Shown here: piece after piece, positions 1 to 16,588 of the stretch
How the letters are laid out: each line of letters begins with the position of its first letter
Position numbering within the stretch: position 1 is the first letter of the stretch
Assembly: GCA_964016885.1 (NCBI GenBank)
Contig: CAXHJY010000226.1
Location: 1,054 to 65,053, forward strand
Origin: Eledone cirrhosa
Lineage: Eukaryota
DNA: 64,000 bases
Direction: 5' to 3'
Notes under the pieces: generated by a model
What the model was told of the DNA's origin: nothing
Seen by the model: the letters and a program-made list of their open reading frames with translations, nothing else
The model's database searches: none
Program-made: the position numbers and the translations under genes

Positions 1-269
1 CATACATACATATATACATACATACACACATACATACATACATATACATATACACACATACATACATACATACATATACATACACACATACATACATACA
101 TATACATACACATATACATACATACATATACATACATACATACATACATACATATACATACACATATACATACATGTATATACATATACATACACATATA
201 CACATACATACATACATATACATACACACACACATACATATATACATATACACATATATATACATATAT
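1..269. repeat. Degenerate (TACA)n/(TA)n microsatellite
   Basis: Direct reading: catacatacatatatacata... with CA/TA dinucleotide mosaics. Confidence 0.95.
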
Positions 270-877
270 GGTGGCTGCCAACTCGTTTTCGAGTACGGCC
301 ACTACTTTATATCCATGTAGGAGAACCCCTACCGATACGCTGAACGAGTGTGACTTTTTAGTCCAGCCAGCAACTTGAAAACTCTGGTACAAACACTACA
401 CTTGTGACAATTATTGACACATAGTGCTGGGCCCATGGTACCATGTAATGACAAGTGCAGAGAGATCTCCAGATACAAAGCAATGCCTGTGCCGTGAAGC
501 TTTTATAGTGAGCAAAGGCACTGCACAAAGCCAGTCCCACTCTCTTAACCAAGATGATATTTACCAAAAAGAAGAACAAGTCAACATCATTGGATACCAT
601 CAGGGTTGCAGGTGTTATATCAGAGTTTTCCTTCTCCTAGAATTCTGCCTTGACAAAGGCTAAGGGGTCATCTCTCCCGGTGATTTTGGATGGCCATTGA
701 CTCTTAAGAGCTCCTTTGCCCTTTGACAGGTTTTGTTTTTAGTCCTGCAGGATGTCCAAAGTCACCCTCCTCACCAAGAAACCTTAGTGGGGTTGCCAGT
801 TTAGTCGCCAACGACCCGACCATGAGACAGGTTGTACTGGGATACATGTTACCAGCAGCACCAAGTGGTGACCTGAC
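270..877 (-). mobile_element. RTE-derived bipartite non-autonomous element (SINE-like: RTE 5'UTR joined to RTE 3' end)
   Basis: 270-305 (ggtggctgccaactcgttttcgagtacggcca) resembles the 3' terminus of the full RTE at 32274 (gatggctgccccctcgttatcgagtatggcca). About 328-390 on the minus strand translates as RVFKLLAGLKSHTRSAYR*, like the RTE C-terminus RHFGSLAGLKSHIRSQHC*. 600-690 (gcaggtgttatatcagagttttccttctcctagaa...ggctaaggggtc) resembles the RTE 5'UTR at 36520-36615. Confidence 0.75.
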
Positions 878-2002
<1,125 letters not shown>

Positions 2003-2876
2003 AATATATATCTCATATGAAATAAAACAGCCAATTTTCCACGCAATACTTTTAGTTAGCACCCCGAACGCATAATTGGGAATATAATCACTTATTTCCT
2101 AATGTTTGTTGAGTGTGTTGGAATTTGGCCGGAGTATCGCTAAAAAGCTTTCTCCGATATTGTATTTATTTATTTACTCTTGGCGCAGCAGAATCGAAAT
2201 AATTCCCGGTATAAGGTTAGCATTTCTTTGTTTATTTTTTATATATGAATATTGATTGTTCCTTATATCTCATTCCGTTAATTTGCCCGAGAAAATATGT
2301 GTGTGTGATCAAATGTATTCACATAGATATTTTTTCAATTTCCAATTGAATTCTTAGCAAGTGGCCTGAATTTCTTTCAGAATTCATTGTCATGCGCATG
2401 TATTGTTTTTTTGGCGGTAATTTGCTTCCTTAATTTTTGAATCAGTTTGAGTACTTCTTTAGAACTGCTGGACTGGCACCTGACAGATACCTCTGGCACA
2501 GAGGATGATGATTATCGGTAAATACTGATGTCGGTTAGATTATCAATATTGGTATTATTGAGGCACCCACTGATGAATTATAGGAGCCCATTTGAATATA
2601 TATCTATTGATCGTATACAAGCTCCTACATAAATTGGTATAATTTCACCCAAATTGTAGGAATCCTATAATGAAACGAGACGTCCGTCTGGGAAAAAATA
2701 TATAAGATATGTTTCATATGAAATAATACAGCCAATTTTCCACGCAATACTTTTAGTTAGCACCCCGAACGCATAATTTGGAATATAATCACTTATTTCC
2801 TAATGTTTGTTGAGTGAGTTGGAATTTGGCCGGAGTATCGCTAAAAAGCTTTCTCCGATAGTGTATTTATTATTAC
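2003..2876 (+). mobile_element. ~705-bp HHR-containing repeat family, ~1.25 tandem units
   Basis: catatgaaata...cagccaattttccacgcaatac recurs at ~2014 and ~2716. Homologous to 6871-8278. Confidence 0.85.
2566..2692 (+). ncRNA. Type I hammerhead ribozyme with long stem II insert
   Basis: CCCA-CTGATGA-ATTATAGGA...TCCTATAAT-GAAACG-AGACGTC-CGTC-TGGG. Stem I CCCA/TGGG, 9-bp stem II, stem III ACG/CGT with palindromic GACGTC in loop 3, GUC triplet. Confidence 0.8.
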
Positions 2877-2887
2877 ATATACATATG

Positions 2888-2993
<106 letters not shown>

Positions 2994-3168
2994 TATATAC
3001 ATATACATATATATATATATACATATACATATACATATATATATACATATACATATATATGTACATATATATATATATATACATATATATACATTTATAT
3101 ATATATATATATATACATATATATACATATATATATATATATATACATATATATATACATATATATAC

Positions 3169-3201
<33 letters not shown>

Positions 3202-3292
3202 CAAATTAAAATACTAGAGTTAAACACACTCGTCGTATTATAGAAATGGCAGTATAAGATATAGCTCAATGTAATATAACAGAGCCGAAAAT

Positions 3293-3419
<127 letters not shown>

Positions 3420-3519
3420 CATAAAATATATATAGATACACATATATATATATATATATACATATATATTTATATACATATATATATATATATACATATA
3501 TATACATATATATATATAC

Positions 3520-3584
<65 letters not shown>

Positions 3585-3637
3585 CATATATATATACATA
3601 TATGTATACATATATATATATATACATATATATATAC

Positions 3638-3668
<31 letters not shown>

Positions 3669-3723
3669 CATATATATATACATATATATATATATACATA
3701 TATATATACATATAAATATATAC

Positions 3724-3758
<35 letters not shown>

Positions 3759-3793
3759 CATGTCTATATATATATATACATATATATATATAC

Positions 3794-3824
<31 letters not shown>

Positions 3825-3923
3825 AATATATATATATACACATATATATATATACACATATATATATACATATATATATACATATATATATATATACATA
3901 TATATATATACATATATATATAC

Positions 3924-4003
<80 letters not shown>

Positions 4004-4004
4004 G

Positions 4005-4036
<32 letters not shown>

Positions 4037-4204
4037 CATATATACATTTATATATATATATATATATATATACATATATATACATATATATATATATTTA
4101 TATATATATATATAAAAGACGTAAAATAAGAAAATATCTTTAAAAAAAAAAAAAAATTTTTTTTTAAATTTTTTACTTACTATGTTAGTTGATATATTAA
4201 ATTA

Positions 4205-4240
<36 letters not shown>

Positions 4241-4321
4241 TATATAAATTTATATATATACACATATATATATATATATACATATATATAAATATATATA
4301 AATATATATATACATATACAC

Positions 4322-4352
<31 letters not shown>

Positions 4353-4353
4353 C

Positions 4354-4454
<101 letters not shown>

Positions 4455-4574
4455 CATATATACATATATATACATACATATATATATATATAAATATATA
4501 TATATACATATATATACATATATATATATACATATATATATATATCTTTTCGATTCTGCTGCGCCAATATGTAT

Positions 4575-4626
<52 letters not shown>

Positions 4627-4693
4627 GTACATATAAATATGTATATATATATGTATATATATATATATATATGTATATATAAATATGTATATA

Positions 4694-4740
<47 letters not shown>

Positions 4741-4741
4741 C

Positions 4742-4786
<45 letters not shown>

Positions 4787-4817
4787 CTATATGTATATAT
4801 ATATATGTATATATATG

Positions 4818-4900
<83 letters not shown>

Positions 4901-4944
4901 GTGTGTATATATATATATATGTATATATATATATTAATATATAC

Positions 4945-4977
<33 letters not shown>

Positions 4978-5012
4978 CATTTATATATATATATACATAT
5001 ATATATATACAC

Positions 5013-5049
<37 letters not shown>

Positions 5050-5050
5050 C

Positions 5051-5083
<33 letters not shown>

Positions 5084-5218
5084 CACATATATATATACAT
5101 ATATATGTATATACATGTATATATATACATATAAACATATATATATATATATACATATATATATACATATATATATATATATAGATAGATAGATATATAT
5201 ATAGATATATAGATACAA

Positions 5219-5299
<81 letters not shown>

Positions 5300-5300
5300 C

Positions 5301-5331
<31 letters not shown>

Positions 5332-5436
5332 CATACATATACATATATATATATACATATATATATACATATATATACATATATATATATATACATATAT
5401 ATATATAGATATATATATATACATATATATATATAC

Positions 5437-5526
<90 letters not shown>

Positions 5527-5665
5527 TTATATATATATACATATATATATATACATATATATATATACATATAGATATACATATATATATATATACATAT
5601 ATATATACATATTTATATATACATATATATATATATATATACATTTTATATATATATACATATAT

Positions 5666-6860
5666 ATGTCCAATATTGCTGTCACTGGAAAGCTGCTGCA
5701 GTGGATCAAGAGCTTCCTGTCAAACAGAACCCAACATGTTGTAGTTGAAGGAGTCAAATCCAGCCCAGCCAAAGTCAGTAGTGGGGTCCCACAAGGCACT
5801 GTGTTGGGCCCACTTCTCGTCATCATCTATATTAATGACATCACTGACATCATCAAACACAGCAACATTAAAATTTTCGCTGATGATTCCAAGCTCCAAA
5901 AGGTCATCAATGGCGTGGATGACCGGATAAGCCTTCAGTCAGACCTACTGGCTGTTACCCAATGGGCGGAAAAGAACAACATGTTACTGAACGAAGACAA
6001 ATTCGAACTGATCCACTTTGGAAAAGAGGATGCTCTGAAACTCCCGTACTCCCTTCCCTCCGGGGAAACTCTCGTGGCATTAACAACATCAGAGACTTGG
6101 GAGTAACTGTGGACAGCAACAAAAGCTGGGCTACGCATATAAGCTGCAAAGTTGACATGGCCCGCAGAATGTGTTCCTGGATCCTCAGAACCTTCCAGTC
6201 GAGAGATTCCCACACCATTATCCTTCTCTTCTCTACTTTTGCCCGACCACACCTTGAATACTGTTGTCCACTGTGGTCTCTCCACACGAAACAAAGTATC
6301 ATGAAACTTGAAGCTCCTCAAAGGGCAAACGAAAAAGATAGATGGCATGTCAGACCTTGACTACTGGGGTCGACTAGAAAAGCTGAAACTTTACTCACTC
6401 CAACGTCGCCGTGAGCGTTATATTATCTGCATGATGTGGAAAATGTTCCATCATCACTGCCCAAATGATGTTGGCATCGCCTTCAAGATACACCCAAGGC
6501 TTGGGCCCCGTGCTATCCGTCCCATACAAAAATCTAAATCGCAACTCATAACAACAATACGGCACAATTATTTCCCCTCAATTGGCCCTGCTCTCTTCAA
6601 CATCACACCAGGACACGTCAAAACAGAAAACTGACCACACAAAATTCAAGAAGTCTTTGGACAAATTCCTCCAAGTAAACCCGGACAAACCACCCACACC
6701 CGGATATGTCTCCGCAAACAGTAATTCTCTTCTCGAATGGGCCATGGTGCCCAAATCCTGAATTGAAAGACTTCGCCAGGTGGTGCTATTAAGTTATACA
6801 TGGCCTGGGCCAATACTGGCCAAAACATTTCAAAGTTATTCAAAGTTAATCAAAGTTATA
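5666..6860 (+). mobile_element. 5'-truncated CR1-like LINE (RT C-terminal half, frameshifted), copy 1
   Basis: [31 protein letters not shown] and [11 protein letters not shown] motifs split over three ORFs. 3' tail of (CAAAGTTATT)-type repeats. Confidence 0.9.
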
Positions 6861-7262
6861 TATATACATATTGGCGCAGCAGATTCGAAAAGATTCCCGG
6901 TATATGGTTAGCATTTCTTTGTTTATTTTTTATATATGAATATTGATTGTTCCTTATATCTCATTCTGTTATCTTGACCAAGAAAATATCTGTGTGTGTC
7001 ATCAAATGTTCTACACACATAGATATTTTTTCAATTTCCAATTGAGTTCTTAGCACGTGGCCTGAATTTCTTTCAGAATTCATTGTCATGCGCATGTATT
7101 GTTTTTTTGGCGGTAATTTGCTTCCTCATTTTTTGAATCAGTTTAAGCACTTCTTTAGAACTGCTGGACTGGCAATCTGACAGATACCTCAGGCACAGAG
7201 GATGATGATTATCGCTAAATACTGATGTTGGTTAGATTATCAATATTAGTATTATTGGGGTA

Positions 7263-7389
7263 CCCACTGATGAATTATAGGAGCACACTAGAATATATAT
7301 CTATTGATGGTATACAAGCTCCTACATAAATTGGTATAATTTCACCCAAATTGTAGTAATCCTATAATGAAACGAGACGTCCGTCTGGG
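7263..7389 (+). ncRNA. Type I hammerhead ribozyme (long stem II), copy 2
   Basis: CCCA-CTGATGA-ATTATAGGA...TCCTATAAT-GAAACGAGACGTCCGTC-TGGG. Confidence 0.8.
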
Positions 7390-7969
7390 AAGAGATATAT
7401 TAGATATGACTCATATGAAATATAACAGCCAATTTTCCACGCAATACTTTTAGTTAGCACCCCGAACCCATAATTGGGAATATAATCACTTATTTCCTAA
7501 TGTTTGTTGAGTGTGTTGGAATTTGGCCGGAGTATCGCTAAAAAGTTTTCTCCGATATTGTATTTATTTATTTACTCTTGGCGCAGCAGAATCGAAATAA
7601 TTCCCGGTATAAGGTTAGTATTTCTTTGTTTATTTTTTATATATGAATATTGATTGTTCCTTATATCTCATTCTGTTATTTTGCCCGAGAAAATATCTGT
7701 GTGTGTGATCAAATGTTGTATTCACATAGATATTTTTTCAATTTCCAATTGAGTTCTTAGCACGTGGGCTGAATTCCTCTCAGAATTCATTGTCATGCGC
7801 ATGTATTGTATTTTTTGGCGGTAATTTGCTTCCTTATTTTTGAAACAGTTTGAGTACTTCTTTAGAACTGCTGGACTGGCAACCTGACAGATATTTCAGG
7901 CACAGAGGATAATGATTATCGCTAAATACTGATGTTGGTTAGATTATCAATATTAGTATTATTGGGGAA

Positions 7970-8095
7970 CCCACTGATGAATTATAGGAGCCCGCTTGAA
8001 TATGTATCTATTGATGGTATACAAGCTCCTACATAAATTGGTATAATTTCACCAAATTGTAGGAATCCTATAATGAAATGAGACGTCCGTCTGGG
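7970..8095 (+). ncRNA. Type I hammerhead ribozyme (long stem II), copy 3
   Basis: Same motif, with GAAAT (U-G wobble) in stem III. Confidence 0.75.
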
Positions 8096-8328
8096 AAAAA
8101 ATATATTAGATATGTCTCATGAGAAATAATACAATCAATTTTCCACGCAATACTTTTAGTTAGCACCCCGAACGCATAATTGGGAATATAATCACTTATT
8201 TCCTAATGTTTGTTGAGTGAGTTGGAATTTGGCCGGAGTATCGCTAAAAAGCTTTCTCCGATAGTGTATTTATTATTACATATACATATGTATATATGTA
8301 TATATGTATATATATATATATATATATT

Positions 8329-8402
<74 letters not shown>

Positions 8403-8463
8403 TATATACATATACATACATATATAATATACATATACATATATATATACATATACATATATA

Positions 8464-8495
<32 letters not shown>

Positions 8496-8517
8496 CATTA
8501 TATATATATATATATAA

Positions 8518-8648
<131 letters not shown>

Positions 8649-8675
8649 CATATATAAATATATACATATATATAT

Positions 8676-8780
<105 letters not shown>

Positions 8781-8869
8781 AAAATTAAAATACTAGAGTT
8801 AAACACACTCGTCGTAATATAGAAATGGCAGTATAAGATATAGCTCAATGTAATATAACAGAGCCGAAA

Positions 8870-8918
<49 letters not shown>

Positions 8919-8934
8919 CATAAAATATATATAG

Positions 8935-8975
<41 letters not shown>

Positions 8976-9126
8976 TATTTATATACATATATACATATAT
9001 ATATACATATATATATACATATATATATATATATACATATATATATACATATATATATATAAACATATATATATATACATATATATATACATATATATAC
9101 ATATATATATATACATATATATATAC

Positions 9127-9157
<31 letters not shown>

Positions 9158-9280
9158 CATATATATATACATATATATATAAATACATATATATATACAT
9201 ATATATATATATACATATATATATACATACATATATATATATATACATGGATATATATATATATACATATATATATATAC

Positions 9281-9311
<31 letters not shown>

Positions 9312-9347
9312 AATATATATATATATACACATATATATATATACACA

Positions 9348-9440
<93 letters not shown>

Positions 9441-9456
9441 TTACATATATATATAC

Positions 9457-9519
<63 letters not shown>

Positions 9520-9526
9520 TATATAC

Positions 9527-9563
<37 letters not shown>

Positions 9564-9575
9564 CATATATATATA

Positions 9576-10394
9576 ATTAAGTTAAAAATGTACATCCACA
9601 TATGTATACTGAAATACTAGTATGCATATGAATACACACACGTGTACATATGTAGATGTACTGAGTTTTTCACTGGACACTTTACTGTGAGTGTCCAGCT
9701 ATTCTGTATGTAAACACACAGACAAACCGAATAGCTGGACACTCACAGTAAAGTTTCCAGTAAAAAACTCGGTACATCTACATATGTACACGTGTGTGTA
9801 TTCATATGCATACTAGTATTTCAGTATACATATGTGGATGTACATTTTTAACTTAATTGTTTAAGCGTCAGTCATACAAAAGTGAGTTACAAACGAAACG
9901 AAATTTAATTTCGTTTTGTTATTTGTTTTTATCGTCTCAGCTGAACCGGTACGTACTCACGCTCTATGCAAATTAGTCTGCCCACTACTAATTTTCATAG
10001 AAAAAGCATATAACGATATGTGCTTTTACGATTCTCTAGAAAGGCCGGAGGATAGGTAAATATTGCTGATGAGATTTAACAACATCGAAACTAGTCCAAT
10101 ATTCTGTCTGGCTTTCTGGAGAATAGAGGAAAGGTGTTTCCTCGAAAACCAGTATGACTCTAAAAACCGGTTTGTCTGTGTGTTTATATACAGAATAGCT
10201 GGACACTCACAGTAAAGTGTCCAGTGAAAAACTCGGTACATCTCCATATGTACACGTGTGTGTATTCATATGCATACTAGTATTTCAGTATACATATGTG
10301 GATGTACATTTTTAACTTAATTGTTTAAGCGACAGTCATACAAAAGTGAGTTACAAACGAAACGAAATTTAATTTCGTTTCGTTATTTGTTTTC
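9576..10394 (+). mobile_element. Diverged member of the 467-bp HHR family: ~150-bp inverted segment followed by ~1.4 direct units
   Basis: 9576-9729 is inverted relative to the sequence that follows. The remainder aligns by eye to the unit of the 22209-27063 array, with scattered substitutions. Confidence 0.88.
10059..10103 (+). ncRNA. Minimal type I hammerhead ribozyme (467-bp family variant)
   Basis: AATATTG-CTGATGA-GAT-TTAACAAC-ATC-GAAAC-TA-GTC-CAATATT. 7-bp stem I, GUC triplet, palindromic ACTAGT stem/loop III. Confidence 0.88.
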
Positions 10395-10452
10395 ATATAT
10401 ATATACATATATATATATATACATATATATATATACATATATATATATATAC

Positions 10453-10567
<115 letters not shown>

Positions 10568-10578
10568 CATATATATAC

Positions 10579-10661
<83 letters not shown>

Positions 10662-10697
10662 CATATATATAAATATATATATATATACATATACACA

Positions 10698-10767
<70 letters not shown>

Positions 10768-10769
10768 TA

Positions 10770-10839
<70 letters not shown>

Positions 10840-11078
10840 CACATATATATATATACATATTGCAGCAATATGTATATATATATATATACATATATATATA
10901 CATATTGCTGCGCCAATATGTATATATATATGTATATGTATATATACATATATATATATATAAATATATATATATACATATATATATATACATATATATA
11001 TATGTACACATATATATACATATATATATATACACATATATATACATATCTTTTCGATTCTGCTGCGCCAATATGTAT

Positions 11079-11165
<87 letters not shown>

Positions 11166-11228
11166 CATATATATATACATATATGTATATATATATACAT
11201 ATATATATACACATATATATATATATAC

Positions 11229-11311
<83 letters not shown>

Positions 11312-11346
11312 CATATATACATATATATATATATACATATATATAC

Positions 11347-11383
<37 letters not shown>

Positions 11384-11592
11384 CATATCTTTTCGATTCT
11401 GCTGCGCCTATATGTATATATACATGTATATGTATATATATATATATATTTATGAATATATAAATATGTATATATATATGTATATATATATATATATATG
11501 TATATATAAATATGTATATATATATGTATATATATATATATATATGTATATCTATATGTATATATATATATGTATATATATATATGTATATA

Positions 11593-11649
<57 letters not shown>

Positions 11650-11660
11650 ATGTATATATG

Positions 11661-11745
<85 letters not shown>

Positions 11746-11750
11746 GTGTG

Positions 11751-11798
<48 letters not shown>

Positions 11799-11819
11799 CA
11801 TCTATATATTAATATATAC

Positions 11820-11861
<42 letters not shown>

Positions 11862-11897
11862 ATTTATATATATATATACATATATATATATACATAG

Positions 11898-11975
<78 letters not shown>

Positions 11976-12084
11976 ATATATACATATATATGTATATACA
12001 TGTATATATATACATATAAACATATATATATAATATACATATATATATACACATATATATATATATAGATAGGTATATATACAA

Positions 12085-12151
<67 letters not shown>

Positions 12152-12152
12152 C

Positions 12153-12209
<57 letters not shown>

Positions 12210-12317
12210 CATATACATATATATATATACATATATATATACATATATATATACATATATATACATATATATATATACATATATATACATATACATATAT
12301 ATATATACATATATAGA

Positions 12318-13060
12318 GATTACAGTAATCAAAGTTCAGTTTAAGTCATTTATTTGCTTACAATTGTTTCCTCCAAACCGAGGTTTGGATTCTTCGGAGC
12401 AACTATTTATAACATACTTGACCTCCTTTTCAACCCAAGAGACACATAAAACATATGCGCATATTGATCAACAGTCGGGTGACATTCATCAAATGATACA
12501 GCATGGCAATTTACATATAAAGGTTACAGGATAAAAATAAAATAAAAACAAGAGTGAAAATAAGAGTGAAAATAAAGATAAACATGAAGCGTTGGCAGTC
12601 TATGAAGATAAAGCAAGAGGAAAGCTTAGAGTAGTCAGTGTATGAAACAATCTCCCGTGTAGCATGCACGCGTGTCTTATCTATACATGATTAGAGTGCA
12701 TCAGAATGATATTTGCAGGGTCAGGCAGTTGAAGCTGGCAATCGATCTTATTGTGTAGGCTGAATTATTAAGTCATTTATTCTCATACATCTGTATGATA
12801 TACAGTCTCGGATGCGGGGAAACACCAAAATATCAAAAACCTTCAACATACTATAAACCTTATTGTATCGTAGGCAAGGCCGTACCACTGTCCTTGCTCA
12901 CACCACCACTCACATAATCCATGAGACGCAATATATATATAAAGAACACGCGTCTATTGTATAATTCGCGGTGGTTCAGCATATAGTCAAGCTATAAACC
13001 GCATCCAGTCGGTTCTTAATTAATATATCATGCTGTCCAGATTCCGGAAGTGCCTGAATA
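12318..13060 (-). mobile_element. Unclassified ~740-bp non-coding island with a 3'-proximal HHR (probable non-autonomous PLE derivative)
   Basis: Unique-looking sequence flanked by TA on both sides. HHR motif near its minus-strand 3' end. No convincing ORF. Confidence 0.55.
12354..12402 (-). ncRNA. Type I hammerhead ribozyme variant (C at position 4; A.G at 10.1-11.1)
   Basis: Minus strand: TTGCT-CCGAAGA-A-TCCAAACC-TC-GGTTTGGA-G-GAAA-CAATTG-TA-AGCAA. Palindromic stem/loop III, GUA triplet. Confidence 0.75.
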
Positions 13061-13087
13061 TACATATATATACATATATATATATAC

Positions 13088-13146
<59 letters not shown>

Positions 13147-13147
13147 C

Positions 13148-13202
<55 letters not shown>

Positions 13203-13231
13203 TATATATATATAGATATATATAGATATAT

Positions 13232-13577
13232 TTCATTTTCATTTCATTTTACATCCGCTTTTCCCTGCTTGCAAGGGTGGGACGGGAACTGATTCTGGCT
13301 TGATTTCTACAGCTGGATGCCCTTCCTAACACCAACCTCATTTACAGTGAGTGCTGGGTGCTTTTTTTGCCGTGGCACCTCCACGACCACTTTGCAGTGG
13401 GATGATAGAGACTAGAGACCCCATTCCCTATCATCTCATTTCTACAGCTGAGTAAACTGGAGCAATGTGAAATAAAGTCTCTTGCTCAAGGAAACAACAC
13501 ATCACCTGGTCTGAGAATTGAACTCACAACCTTTCGATTGCAAGGCCAATGCTCTAACCACTAAGCCATGTGCCTCC
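13232..13577 (-). mobile_element. tRNA-derived SINE (octopus-type) with RTE-like 3' region
   Basis: The minus strand starts GGAGGCACATGGCTTAGTGGTTAGAGC (A box) and then has GAGTTCAATTC (B box). Central TCCTTGAGCAAGAGACTTTATTTCACATTGCTCCAG, then GGAAGGGCATCCAGCTGTAGAAA and an (AAATG)n tail. Confidence 0.85.
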
Positions 13578-13605
13578 ATATATATATATACATATATATA
13601 TATAC

Positions 13606-13658
<53 letters not shown>

Positions 13659-13690
13659 CATATATATATATACATATAGATATACATATA

Positions 13691-13722
<32 letters not shown>

Positions 13723-13779
13723 CATATTTATATATACATATATATATATACATATATATGTATATATATATACATATAT

Positions 13780-14964
13780 ATGTCCAATATTGGTGTCACT
13801 GGAAAGCTGCTGCAGTGGATCAAGAGCTTCCTGTCAAACAGAACCCAACATGTTGTAGTTGAAGGAGTCAAATCCAGCCCAGCCAAAGTTAGTAGTGGGG
13901 TCCCACAAGGCACTGTGTTGGGCCCACTTCTCTTCATCATCTATACTAATGACATCACTGACATCATCAAACACAGCAACATTAAAATTTTCACTGATGA
14001 TTCCAAGCTCCAAAAGGTCATCAATGGCGTGGATGACCGGATAAGCCTTCAGTCAGACCTACTGGCTGTTACCCAATGGGCGGAAAAGAACAACATGTTA
14101 CTGAACGAAGACAAATTCGAACTGATCCACTTTGCAAAAGAGGATGCTCTGAAACTCCCGTACTCCCTTCCCTCCGGGGAAATTCTCGTGGCATCTAACA
14201 ACATCAGAGACTTGGGAGTAACTGTGGACAGCAACATAAGCTGGGCCACGCATATAAGCAGCAAAGTTGACATGGCCCGCAGAATGTGTTCCTGGATCCT
14301 CAGAACCTTCCAGTCGAGAGATTCCCACACCATTATCCTTCTCTTCTCTACTTTTGCCCGACCACACCTTGAATACTGTTGTCCACTGTGGTCTCCCCAC
14401 ACGAAACAAAGTATCATGAAACTTGAAGCTCCTCAAAGGGCAATCACGAAAAAGATAGATGGCATGTCAGACCTTGACTACTGGGGTCGACTAGAAAAGC
14501 TGAAACTTTACTCACTCCAACGTCGCCGTGAGCGTTATATTATCTGCATGATGTGGAAAATGTTCCATCATCACTGCCCAAATGATGTTGGCATCGCCTT
14601 CAAGATACACCCAAGGCTTGGGCCCCGTGCTATCCGCCCCATACAAAAATCTAAATCGCAACTCATAACAACAATACGGCACAATTATTTCCCCTCAATT
14701 GGCCCTGCTCTCTTCAACATCACACCAGGACACGTCAAAACAGAAACTGACCACACAAAATTCAAGAAGTCTTTGGACAAATTCCTCCAAGTAAACCCGG
14801 ACAAACCACCCACACCCGGATATGTCTCCGCAAACAGTAATTCTCTTCTCGAATGGGCCATGGTGCCCAAATCCTGAATTGAAAGACTTCGCCAGGTGGT
14901 GCTATTAAGTTATACATGGCCTGGGCCAATACTGACCAAAACATTTCAAAGTTATTCAAAGTTA
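13780..14964 (+). mobile_element. 5'-truncated CR1-like LINE, copy 2 (open frame to 14877; FTDD in place of FADD)
   Basis: Near-identical to 5666-6860, with the same 5' truncation point (atgtccaatatt) and the same tail repeat. Confidence 0.9.
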
Positions 14965-15061
14965 TATATATACATATTTATATATACATAAATATATATA
15001 TATATATATACATATATATATACATATACATATATATATATACATATACATATATATATAC

Positions 15062-15114
<53 letters not shown>

Positions 15115-15139
15115 CATATATATACATATATATATACAC

Positions 15140-15190
<51 letters not shown>

Positions 15191-15242
15191 CATATATATA
15201 TATATACATATATATACATATATATACATATATATCTATCTA

Positions 15243-15292
<50 letters not shown>

Positions 15293-16194
15293 TATATATA
15301 TACATATAAATTAATAAAATAATGAATAAACAAAGAAACAGTTCCTTATATTAAAAAATTCATCATTTTACGATCGCTTCTAGGATATATATGTGTTAGA
15401 GTTGGTATGCATATTCTATAGATCTATGTACAATATTTATACAAACTATCAGAGGGAATATACATACCTACACATATATATGCTGTCTTCAGAAATAATG
15501 ATATTTGTTTATTGAAAAAAACAAAGATTCAATACAATAGGCCTCTTTGGGAATAGGTTTTGAATTGACCAATAGAGAGATAGTGAGGGTCAGGATAGTA
15601 ATATAGTAGTAGAAGAACCTTAAATTATGGGTAGAGGAAGGTAGATTTCAGTTTTGGATGGAAAAGAATATTATGAATGAAGGATTATTTTAGGGAAGGA
15701 ATAGGTCATATGCTGACCTCATAAATAATTTTATTTGTTCATTGAATAAAACCAACAAAGATCTAATATATTCTGTCTGTTTGGTAAGAGGTTTAGAATT
15801 AACCAATAGAAAGTTAATAATTGGCCAAATGGTAAAATAGTAGTAATTGAAGCTTATTTTAGGGGTGAAAATAGGTCAGGTGGTCAATAAAAGGTATACA
15901 AGCAGTTGCTGTTATAAAATAGTAATGCCAGTACAAATATCTAAGGTGACTAAAGTTTTAAGATAAGAATGTTAGTGAAAAAAATACATCTATGAAAAGA
16001 ATATAAATTAATTTAATTGATGGGTATATTTATATTGATAAAATTATACTAATACATATAGATATGATAAATAAGAGTTAGATGCAGTTGAAAAGTGCTG
16101 TTAAAGATGAGAGGAAATTAAAAGAATATAAAAATAATATATATATATATATATACACTTATACATATATATATATATACATATATATAAACAT

Positions 16195-16237
<43 letters not shown>

Positions 16238-16340
16238 CATATATACACTTACATATATATACACATACATACTTATACATACACATACACACACACACAC
16301 ATACACACATATATATACACACATATACATACATATACAC

Positions 16341-16371
<31 letters not shown>

Positions 16372-16588
16372 CATAGGTATATACATGCATACATACATAC
16401 ACATATATATACACACACATATACACTTATATATACATATAATTATTGGGGGGTGGGGGTTAAATTTATTAGTGAGAAATAGTAAATATATATAGTTTTC
16501 AAGGAACATAGAGTCATAACCTGAAGTTAAAGCAATATATATGTTTACTTAATGGTATCAGTTTTAGGAAATGATATTTGTAAGAAGG

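Larger units (their letters stand above)
6871..8278 (+). mobile_element. ~707-bp HHR-containing repeat family, two tandem units
   Basis: ttggcgcagcag at 6871 and 7578. Ends at the same ...ccgatagtgtatttattattac junction as the 2003-2876 locus. Confidence 0.88.

Noticed and set aside
13500-13577. tRNA gene
   Set aside because: It has A/B boxes but no proper acceptor stem and continues into a SINE body and tail.
15430-15500. Possible HHR on the minus strand (CTGAAGA...GATA), also at ~27545-27608
   Set aside because: GAAA is replaced by GATA, and stems II/III and the UH triplet cannot be formed convincingly. At best a decayed relic.
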